Made by a program: the position numbers and the translations under genes. A stretch of DNA of 29,698 bases, from IMG/VR virus record IMGVR_UViG_3300045988_079213, positions 1-29,698 of that record; one strand, 5' to 3'. The stretch comes from a virus. The notes beneath the pieces are model-generated. The model was not told the origin of the DNA. It searched no databases and saw only the letters and a program-made list of their open reading frames with translations. This document shows positions 18,641-25,283 of the stretch, in pieces; within the stretch, counting starts at the first letter, position 1; each line of letters starts with the position of its first letter.

Positions 18641-18908
18641 ATTTGTTATCCTCCATATCTATGTCTATAAGTTTGCACCAATCAGGTCTTTCAATGTCTT
18701 TTCCAATTTGAGACCGCAGTACTTGTGTATACTTTCCATTTTCGTTAAAGTCGATATTGCATACACATCCGTATGTATTCTTGATATTTAATTTAAAGTC
18801 TATAGGATTCAGCACTTCTTCATCTGACCAAAATGGTTTGTTGTATTGACATCTGCCAAACGGACATTCATTGCAATGCTTCGGAATTTCCATTGGAACT
18901 TTATACAT
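18621..18908 (-). CDS. Cys-rich small protein, unknown function
   Basis: 95 aa. CNECPFGRC...CVC...C pattern. 20-nt overlap with the downstream gene. Confidence 0.5.
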   Translation of the reverse strand: MYKVPMEIPKHCNECPFGRCQYNKPFWSDEEVLNPIDFKLNIKNTYGCVCNIDFNENGKYTQVLRSQIGKDIERPDWCKLIDIDMEDNKYDGNKM

Positions 18909-18910
18909 CT

Positions 18911-19093
18911 CTATTCTCCTGACTTTATATTTTTCATTCGTAAGAATCTTTCAAGCATGCCAACAAGTTCCTCTTCAGCTAATTTATGGCCGGATGTTCC
19001 GATAACGCTTATCATCTTAGGCTTCTTTCTGCTTGCATAAACTTTTTCGCCCTTTTGATAAACGCTCCAATTGTCATCAATTGTTACTCTCAT
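18911..19093 (-). CDS. Hypothetical small protein
   Basis: 60 aa with an AAGGAG RBS, in the early operon. Confidence 0.45.
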   Translation of the reverse strand: MRVTIDDNWSVYQKGEKVYASRKKPKMISVIGTSGHKLAEEELVGMLERFLRMKNIKSGE

Positions 19094-19253
19094 GATTGTT
19101 CTCCTTTAAAATATTGTTTTGCTTTTTGATTTTTAGATAACATCCGAAGCATGCCGTAAGCTCTTCTTCTCCAAGTTCTGTATAAAATGCATTATTGCGG
19201 CTCAGCTTCTTTCCGCACAGAGCACATCGCTTCGCTTTTCCCTTATTCATCAT
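19077..19253 (-). CDS. Small zinc-ribbon protein (58 aa), below the ORF-track cutoff
   Basis: Hand translation gives MMNKGKAKRCALCGKKLSRNNAFYTELGEEELTACFGCYLKIKKQNNILKENNHESNN, with CxxC...CxxC. Its ATG overlaps the stop of the upstream micro-ORF (ATGA). Confidence 0.4.
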   Translation of the reverse strand: MMNKGKAKRCALCGKKLSRNNAFYTELGEEELTACFGCYLKIKKQNNILKENNHESNN

Positions 19254-19333
19254 CTGCCACCTTTCCCTTTTTCATTAATAAGCGTAAGTATCACCAGCGT
19301 TGCGCAAATCACTATTGTTATTTTCAGTGCCAT
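19250..19333 (-). CDS. 27-aa hydrophobic micro-protein
   Basis: MALKITIVICATLVILTLINEKGKGGR. Strong RBS AAGGAGGA 6 nt upstream. Stop/start coupling to the next ORF. Confidence 0.4.
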   Translation of the reverse strand: MALKITIVICATLVILTLINEKGKGGR

Positions 19334-19364
19334 GTCTATCCTCCTTATATAATATGTTTTATCT

Positions 19365-19595
19365 CTACAGCTTAGTGCTTATTTCGTCGCACTTTTCCAA
19401 TGCCTTATTCGACATCTGTGCTATGCTTTGAAATTTTTCTAACAGCATATTAAGAGCGTCAATTGTAGTTTTTAGATGGTCGCATTGAAAAGCTAACGCA
19501 ATTCTCAATATTTCAATATCCTGTTTTGTTTTATGATATTCTTCCACTTCTCCTTGAGCATATGACACTCTGCCCCCTAAATTGTTATCTTCCAT
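19365..19595 (-). CDS. Hypothetical helical protein
   Basis: 76 aa with a GAAAGGAG RBS. Confidence 0.5.
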   Translation of the reverse strand: MEDNNLGGRVSYAQGEVEEYHKTKQDIEILRIALAFQCDHLKTTIDALNMLLEKFQSIAQMSNKALEKCDEISTKL

Positions 19596-19617
19596 TTTTA
19601 CCGCTCCTTTCGGTTAG

Positions 19618-19947
19618 TCACAGCTGCTTTCCGGCAATACTGATGTCTTGGCAAGGGAACCCAAAGCACCAACATTTTGCTCGTGGGATGTCGTCTGAGA
19701 TAACTCTGCGAACATCATTTGCGTACCATTCTCCGTTAAGATACTCATCTTTCAATATCTCCTTTTGTCTTTGTTTTAGTGACAGTGTCATAAGATATTC
19801 TCGTTGCTTATCTGTGATTGTGTGCATTGAGCGATAGCTTGCTTCTGCGTACTTGTCAAACTCGCAGTGACCAACGCACTCATGCCCAGCAAGTTCCATG
19901 CCTCTTGTAAATCCACCGATCCCGCTAAAAAAATCTATAAACTTCAT
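19618..19947 (-). pseudogene. Truncated DNA (cytosine-5) methyltransferase: motifs I-IV only
   Basis: 109 aa. Motif I is FFSGIGGF and motif IV is GFPCQDIS, then a stop four residues later. Motifs VI-X and the target-recognition domain are absent from all downstream frames. Confidence 0.7.
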
Positions 19948-20004
19948 TTTTCGTCCTTGCTCTATTCCTTCAAAATCTTGTTATTATGACTTTCTTGCAG
20001 AACC

Positions 20005-20562
20005 TCATTCCCCCAACAATCCCAATTGTTGACTTCTTCCCTTGCAAACAATTCTATTTTTGCTACCCCCCCCTATAAGGGTTTCTATTCTTTTTATAGT
20101 TTCCTTTGGTTTTTGAGAGTGTTTCATAATTGACTCTTGGATAACTTGATGCACTGCATGCGATTTGACAATTTCTTTTGCTTTAGTGTCTTTGCTAATC
20201 CCTAACAAACATACTTCTGCATTTGCCCTCGTGTATGCTCCCATTCCCCAAAATAAACTATTTGATTTCTTGTTTTGCTTTATCCATACAAACGCAGCCG
20301 TTTTATATTCAAACCCCCATGCTTTCATAACCTTTAAAGCCTCTGAAATATTAGGAAATGTCGCCCACATAAAGCATACGGCTTTGTCCGTACAAATTCT
20401 GCGTATAGGCAAATTACATATTTCGTGAGTGCTCATTGTGTCATAATGCTGTTTTGCCATACCTCGTGAACTTGTTTTACTTCCACTTTGTCGATATTCC
20501 CACGGTGGATCTGCGTAAATTACGTCATACTTTTTATTCGTATCAAATATATCTACAAACAT
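20005..20562 (-). CDS. MT-A70-family N6-adenine DNA methyltransferase, C-terminus displaced by a G8 tract (intact frame would end at 19962)
   Basis: IYADPPWEY (DPPW) motif and HSQKPKE. After the G8 tract the +1 frame encodes the canonical end VAKIELFAREEVNNWDCWGNE. The annotated frame instead ends in unrelated residues. Confidence 0.8.
   Translation of the reverse strand: MFVDIFDTNKKYDVIYADPPWEYRQSGSKTSSRGMAKQHYDTMSTHEICNLPIRRICTDKAVCFMWATFPNISEALKVMKAWGFEYKTAAFVWIKQNKKSNSLFWGMGAYTRANAEVCLLGISKDTKAKEIVKSHAVHQVIQESIMKHSQKPKETIKRIETLIGGGSKNRIVCKGRSQQLGLLGE
20066..20073 (-). repeat. Homopolymeric G8 (plus-strand C8) tract inside the MT-A70 gene
   Basis: Counted directly: tgcta-cccccccc-tataagg. 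Loss of 1 G or gain of 2 G would restore the conserved C-terminus. Confidence 0.9.
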
Positions 20563-20582
20563 TTTTCCCTCTCTTGTTAAAG

Positions 20583-20927
20583 CTATATGTATTTAAAACC
20601 CTGTTCTCTTAATCTCTCTAACCTATTCAGTTCTGCCGTGCAGCTTTTTTCTTCGTTTAATAGCAAGTTGCCACTACGCGGTTTGTTTCTTTTGTATTGC
20701 CGGCTTGCTTCACGCTCCAGGTATGCAATCCTATACTTAAGTCTTTTTATTTCATCATCTATAAAAATAGTTTTGTTGACGATATGCCATGTGCACCGGA
20801 AGTCTTTTGGCTCATAGGTTTCGCAGCTTTCGCAGCACTGCACACATACCGCCACACCTCCACGCTTTGGACATTGTCTCGTTTCATGCGGATTTACTCT
20901 ACCGCAAGCCGGGCAGTTACTGCTCAT
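20583..20927 (-). CDS. Cys-rich zinc-binding protein with C-terminal coiled coil, unknown function
   Basis: 114 aa. CPAC...C...CVQCCESC pattern. Confidence 0.5.
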   Translation of the reverse strand: MSSNCPACGRVNPHETRQCPKRGGVAVCVQCCESCETYEPKDFRCTWHIVNKTIFIDDEIKRLKYRIAYLEREASRQYKRNKPRSGNLLLNEEKSCTAELNRLERLREQGFKYI

Positions 20928-20929
20928 CG

Positions 20930-21301
20930 TTATACTTCCTTCGATGTCGTCGTCTTAGCGTTCCTCTGGACCTTTATTTTGTCTCCACCTCTGACCGTTA
21001 TAGTGCTACCCTGCAGTGTTATGCTTGCTTTATCCACTTTCTCATCAATAACCATATTGCCAATATTTAAGATTAGTCTTGTCTGTTCAAGATCCAACTC
21101 TTTTAGATTTAACAGTTCATCCGCTCTTGATATTTCCTTTATGGCTTGAGCAAGTTTCTTTCTCTTGTCCTCTATCTCCGCTCCTGCGCATATGCATCTT
21201 CTGGAAACCTCTTCATTTGCTCTTTCTTGTGACTCTTCCATGATGATTTCTGTGCATCCGCAATATTTACAAACGCCTTCGTATTCTTTAAATGCCTGCA
21301 T
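20930..21301 (-). CDS. Hypothetical protein with N-terminal Cys cluster
   Basis: 123 aa. CKYCGC...CIC pattern. 14-nt overlap with the upstream gene. Confidence 0.5.
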   Translation of the reverse strand: MQAFKEYEGVCKYCGCTEIIMEESQERANEEVSRRCICAGAEIEDKRKKLAQAIKEISRADELLNLKELDLEQTRLILNIGNMVIDEKVDKASITLQGSTITVRGGDKIKVQRNAKTTTSKEV

Positions 21302-21773
21302 TTTTCAAAATCCTTTCCGCATACTGCTTCCCATCGTGGATATTCCCACTGTTATAGACGCTTAGTGCGTCTTTATAATTTCCGTATTTTTTTAGTAGTT
21401 CTGATAGTATGTCGCAGCCAACCGTGATGTTTTCTTCCGGATCATATAAATCCGTTACTCCAAGCCTCTTCATTCTGTCTTTGTGCCAACGTTTCTGAAT
21501 CTGCATGAGTCCTATCGAGTTCCCGTCGTCTCCTTCTGCTGATTCGCACCATCCACTCTCCTCTTCAATTAGTGCTTTTATGACATCTGGATTTAATCCA
21601 TACCTTTTGGCCATCTTTTCGATATGATTATTTGTTTCAAGTTCCGTTACTGCGACCGGATCAGGCAAATCTTTTGTATAGACTTCCGGATGGTCTATTG
21701 CGGTTGCTATTGCATTAAGTCCAAGCACTATCATTATTCCTGCAATAGCTGTCATCATCTTTTTTATTCGCAT
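21288..21773 (-). CDS. Membrane-anchored lytic transglycosylase (SLT domain)
   Basis: 161 aa from the ATG at 21773 (RBS AGAGGAG). Signal-anchor MRIKKMMTAIAGIMIVLGL. SLT motifs EESGW, GLMQIQ and VYNSGN. Confidence 0.7.
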   Translation of the reverse strand: MRIKKMMTAIAGIMIVLGLNAIATAIDHPEVYTKDLPDPVAVTELETNNHIEKMAKRYGLNPDVIKALIEEESGWCESAEGDDGNSIGLMQIQKRWHKDRMKRLGVTDLYDPEENITVGCDILSELLKKYGNYKDALSVYNSGNIHDGKQYAERILKNAGI

Positions 21774-21789
21774 ATTTTTACTCCTCTTT

Positions 21790-21987
21790 TCAAACGCTAC
21801 TATTGAGGCTATCATGTTGCGCTAATAGGTTTCCTTCAAAGTCCCAGTATTGGTGCAAGTATCTGACTGGGTCTTTTGGTGTCCCTGCACCTAACAAAGC
21901 TGTGGTTTTTATAACTTTTATTACGCATGCCTTTTCAGCTCCTCGTGGGATAACCGCTGATATCAAGCTTTTATCTTCTCTTATCAT
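21790..21987 (-). CDS. Hypothetical small protein
   Basis: 65 aa in the early operon. Confidence 0.4.
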   Translation of the reverse strand: MIREDKSLISAVIPRGAEKACVIKVIKTTALLGAGTPKDPVRYLHQYWDFEGNLLAQHDSLNSSV

Positions 21988-21989
21988 TT

Positions 21990-22199
21990 TTATAAAGTTC
22001 TCCTCTCCGCAAAGACTTCTGCCACGTCATCTACGTAGTACATCTTTGCCTTACCGCGTGGATCATATTGCAAGTCTTTTAGTAAGATGCTTGCACGATC
22101 GCGGCTCATCTTTGTTAGTCTTGCTACTGCTGCAATACTTATCAATATCGAGCCGCCATTTCCTTGCAACAGATCTTTTTTAATTTGTGTCTTAGTCAT
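21990..22199 (-). CDS. Excisionase/AlpA-like HTH DNA-binding protein (Xis candidate)
   Basis: 69 aa. ISIAAVARLTKMSRDRASILLKDLQYDPRGKAKMYYVDDVAEVF resembles the MerR-type excisionase fold pattern. Confidence 0.45.
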   Translation of the reverse strand: MTKTQIKKDLLQGNGGSILISIAAVARLTKMSRDRASILLKDLQYDPRGKAKMYYVDDVAEVFAERRTL

Positions 22200-22257
22200 C
22201 TGCGACTCCTTTCTGCTCTCTTTTCGTGATATAATCTCCCTGAAAGGAGGTGATTGT

Positions 22258-22437
22258 ATGGCAATGAATAATGATCAGTTGAATGCTTTTCTAACAGCTA
22301 AGGAAATTGCAATTGCAAAGCTTTCCTCAAGCGAACCTGCTCCATCTAATAAAATGTCGGGAGCAGAAATCGGTAATATGTTCATTGAGATTTACAAGGC
22401 AATTTTGAGCGTAATCACTAATCCAAACCAGCAATAA
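22258..22437 (+). CDS. Opposite-strand 59-aa protein embedded in the early operon, unknown function
   Basis: ATG at 22258 is preceded by AAAGGAGGTGA and an extended -10 TGATATAAT (22227-22235). It fills a gap with no minus-strand ORF. Confidence 0.5.
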   Translation: MAMNNDQLNAFLTAKEIAIAKLSSSEPAPSNKMSGAEIGNMFIEIYKAILSVITNPNQQ

Positions 22438-22552
22438 CTTTTGCGATTTCAGGTACAGATTGAATTTCAGATGCGGTTCTATTTCTATCTGTATCTGTTA
22501 TTTTTTTGAGATAATCCATTAACAGTTTTCTCAATTCTTCTTTTGTATTCAT
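22418..22552 (-). CDS. 44-aa early protein downstream of cro
   Basis: Hand translation gives MNTKEELRKLLMDYLKKITDTDRNRTASEIQSVPEIAKVIAGLD, with RBS GAAAGGAG. It overlaps the 3' end of the plus-strand gene by 20 nt. Confidence 0.4.
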   Translation of the reverse strand: MNTKEELRKLLMDYLKKITDTDRNRTASEIQSVPEIAKVIAGLD

Positions 22553-22585
22553 TTCTTTCTCCTTTCTTGCTTATCCACTTTATGC

Positions 22586-22786
22586 TTACAATTCTTGTTC
22601 GAAGAGATACTCTGTATCCAGCTTTTCGAAGAATATGTTTCTGATAGATAGCGCTTCTTTGTAAGTAAACGGCGTTTTCCCTGAAATCTTATTTTTTACA
22701 GTTCTTTCTGAACACTGTAGTAATGATGCTATTTCTGATACAGTGACCTTGTGCCTTGCCATTTCTGCCAATAAGTTATTGCACAT
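22586..22786 (-). CDS. Cro-like XRE-family HTH regulator
   Basis: 66 aa. VTVSEIASLLQCSERTVKNKISGK forms the HTH. RBS AAAGGAGGA. First gene of the early operon, divergent from the CI-like gene. Confidence 0.75.
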   Translation of the reverse strand: MCNNLLAEMARHKVTVSEIASLLQCSERTVKNKISGKTPFTYKEALSIRNIFFEKLDTEYLFEQEL

Positions 22787-22806
22787 CTCCAGTCCTCCTT
22801 TCTGTC

Positions 22807-22921
22807 ATATCCAAACTTGGAAACTTTAAATACATATTATATCCAAGTTTGGATATTGTCAACATATTTTTTCCGAATTTGGAAAAATTTTGTTGACTGT
22901 TTTCCGAGTTAGATGTATATT
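22807..22921. promoter_or_regulatory. Lysis/lysogeny switch: divergent promoters and three to four TCCAA-NN-TTGGA operators
   Basis: The minus-strand promoter is TTGACA (22857-22862), 17 nt, TAATAT (22834-22839), with O2 (22839-22856, ATATCCAAGTTTGGATAT) filling the spacer. The plus-strand promoter is TTGACT (22893-22898), 17 nt, TATATT (22916-22921). O1 is at 22807-22824, O3 at 22869-22886, and a degenerate site at 22900-22915. Confidence 0.7.
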
Positions 22922-22948
22922 TGTGTCATCAAGGAAAGGAGCTCTGTC

Positions 22949-23269
22949 ATGGGTTTAGAAAAAATAAAATATATAATGAAAATTAAAGGACTTACTGCCG
23001 AAATGCTATCGCAAAGAAGTGGGGTTCCTAAAAGCACAATAAATAAAATTACTTCTGGCGTAACTCCTGATCCAAGATACGAAACTGTGAAAGCCCTCGC
23101 TAATGCCCTTGACCTTAACATTGATGAGTTGTCGGAATATCTTGGAATTGACGCTACAGATTATGTGCCAGGAACTATCGCAGCTCATCATGATGACGAA
23201 TATTGGACAGCTGAAGAGCTTGATGAGATAGAACGATTCAAGGCATATGTGAAATCAAAAAGAAAATAA
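22949..23269 (+). CDS. CI-like repressor (XRE HTH)
   Basis: 106 aa from the ATG at 22949 (RBS GGAAAGGAG). LTAEMLSQRSGVPKSTINKITSG forms the HTH. Followed by the ImmA-like gene. Confidence 0.8.
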   Translation: MGLEKIKYIMKIKGLTAEMLSQRSGVPKSTINKITSGVTPDPRYETVKALANALDLNIDELSEYLGIDATDYVPGTIAAHHDDEYWTAEELDEIERFKAYVKSKRK

Positions 23270-23301
23270 ACTTCTAAATATATTGACTGCGGAGGTGGAC
23301 G

Positions 23302-23688
23302 ATGAATAGATATGAGGAATTGATTGCTGAGTATGAGAACGAGTTGAGCATTGAAGAACGTACCATGTTTAATAAGGGTCTCTACTGCGACAATGTTGTA
23401 TGGATTAATAGAAGAATGTCCACCGCCGAAAAGCTTTCAATTGTAGCCGAGGAAATAGGTCATTATAAAACCTCTTCAGGCGATATATTAGAGCAGGATA
23501 ATATATCAAATATAAAGCAGGAATTGCAAGCAAGGCGGTGGGCATACGAAAAAGTTCTGCCGCTTGATTTGATTATGCAGGCAATAACAAATGGTTTTAC
23601 TGAGGTTTATGATTTAGCCGAGCATTTCGATGTTACAGAGACATTTATGCGTGAATGCTTAAAGCATTACAGGTTACTAGATATATAA
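23302..23688 (+). CDS. ImmA/IrrE-family metallopeptidase-like protein (anti-repressor protease), variant metal motif
   Basis: 128 aa in the canonical position after the repressor. The expected HEXXH position reads EEIGH (residues 50-54). Confidence 0.65.
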   Translation: MNRYEELIAEYENELSIEERTMFNKGLYCDNVVWINRRMSTAEKLSIVAEEIGHYKTSSGDILEQDNISNIKQELQARRWAYEKVLPLDLIMQAITNGFTEVYDLAEHFDVTETFMRECLKHYRLLDI

Positions 23689-23821
23689 TAGAGATAAAAA
23701 TTTTAGGTGAGTCTGCTGGTGCATTTCGTGACATGAAACAGCCACATGAATTTTGTTATTCGTTTAGCAATCTATTTTGATTGCTTTATGCACATATTGA
23801 TTTTAGAGAGGAGTAAAAAAT

Positions 23822-24091
23822 ATGTTTAATCTCGACAAAGGAAAAGGTACTGCTGCCACTTCAGGAAATGAAGCTTATGTTGTAATCCAGGTAGTATTAA
23901 CCGAAAAATTTATAGGAACAGGCTCAGGTGTTGCCAGTCTTACAAATCTACAAAATACCATCAACGAACAAGCGGCTAAGGGTTATCGACTTCATACAAT
24001 TTCAACTACCGTAGGTGGTTCGAAAGGGTTTTTAGGCGGTGATAAAATCCAGGCGACTATGGTTTTTGAAGCTATCAATTTTAATGCTTAA
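23822..24091 (+). CDS. DUF4177-like small protein (lysogeny-module moron)
   Basis: 89 aa. The beta-alpha pattern ending LQNTINEQAAKGYRLHTISTT...ATMVFE resembles DUF4177. RBS GAGAGGAG. Confidence 0.5.
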   Translation: MFNLDKGKGTAATSGNEAYVVIQVVLTEKFIGTGSGVASLTNLQNTINEQAAKGYRLHTISTTVGGSKGFLGGDKIQATMVFEAINFNA

Positions 24092-24177
24092 CGTTATACA
24101 AATTCAACTTTATGATTATGATTTAAGCCGTAGAAACATAAAAAGTGAATTTATATGTGAAATTTGTGTAAAATACA

Positions 24178-24206
24178 TTGACATAATTTATTAAACATGG
24201 TAATGT
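24178..24206 (+). promoter_or_regulatory. Promoter of the Abi gene
   Basis: TTGACA (24178-24183), 17 nt, TGgTAATGT extended -10 (24198-24206). Confidence 0.5.
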
Positions 24207-24272
24207 ATGGACACGGAACGTACTCAGGTGTCCTTCGGGCCCTGGGTCTTTTTATTTATGTAGGTAAAAAAT

Positions 24273-25283
24273 ATGAATCAAAAACCTTTTAAAACACATG
24301 AAGAACAAATTGAATTACTAAAATCAAGAGGCATCGATTTTAGCGGCCTTGATGCAGAGAGCTGTGCAATAGACTACTTTTCACGAGTTGGATATTATCG
24401 TCTCATAAATGGATATAATAGGCCGTTTCTTGATAAAAGCTCGTTAACACAAGCTGATGACGACAAATATCGTAAAGGAACTACTTTAAAAGAGATTTAT
24501 GCACTCTATGTTTTTGATGATATGTTGAGAGAGTTTGTTTTAAAATATACACTTAAAATTGAGACTCACGTCAAAAGCCTCCTTGCATATAGAATTTCGA
24601 AACAGTATGGTCACGAGAATTATTTACGATACGCAAATTTTGATACTTCTAAAAAAATAGGATACAACGATGTTGTAAATGTTATATCAGAGATACACAA
24701 AACGATCTCTTCCAGAATTTCTGACCCAAGCATAAACCATTATTTGACAAAATATGGTTATGTTCCACTATGGGTATTAAATAACTCTCTTACTTTTGGC
24801 ACAATTAGTAAACTATACAGCATTATGAAGGTACCTGATAGGCAATATGTATCAAAACAGTTTATGATTCCCGATTCACAGCTCGGAAATTTCTTAATCT
24901 ATTTGACAAAGGTTAGAAATACCGCTGCACATTCCAATCGACTCTATTGTATGCGAAATAAACGCCCAATTGTTGATACACCAATCCACGCAGCTATGAA
25001 TATTGCCAAGAATTCTAAAGGTGACGAATATATATATGGCAAACGCGACTTTTTCGCCACTGTTATTATATTTAGGTATTTTTTATCTAATAACGATTTT
25101 AAGAAATTTATAGCCCAGCTAAAAAACATATTAAATAGTTTAAATCAGAGACTGAACTCAATACAAATATCAGCTATAAAGGAAATAATGGGGTTGCCTG
25201 ATGATTGGTATAAAATTCCTAAAAAACAATCTGCTAGGGGAGCATCAAAATGCAAAGATTGCTTATCTGAGGTTGACGATTAA
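24273..25283 (+). CDS. Abortive-infection protein, Abi_2 (AbiD/AbiF-like) family
   Basis: 336 aa. The N-terminal KPFKTHEEQIELLKSRGI...DYFSRVGYYRLINGY and later VRNTAAHSNRLY are hallmark Abi_2 patterns. Confidence 0.8.
   Translation: MNQKPFKTHEEQIELLKSRGIDFSGLDAESCAIDYFSRVGYYRLINGYNRPFLDKSSLTQADDDKYRKGTTLKEIYALYVFDDMLREFVLKYTLKIETHVKSLLAYRISKQYGHENYLRYANFDTSKKIGYNDVVNVISEIHKTISSRISDPSINHYLTKYGYVPLWVLNNSLTFGTISKLYSIMKVPDRQYVSKQFMIPDSQLGNFLIYLTKVRNTAAHSNRLYCMRNKRPIVDTPIHAAMNIAKNSKGDEYIYGKRDFFATVIIFRYFLSNNDFKKFIAQLKNILNSLNQRLNSIQISAIKEIMGLPDDWYKIPKKQSARGASKCKDCLSEVDD

Noticed and set aside
22087-22257. N-terminal extension of the plus-strand ORF 22087-22437
   Set aside because: The extension is antisense to the Xis-like gene. 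The RBS and extended -10 point to the internal ATG at 22258.
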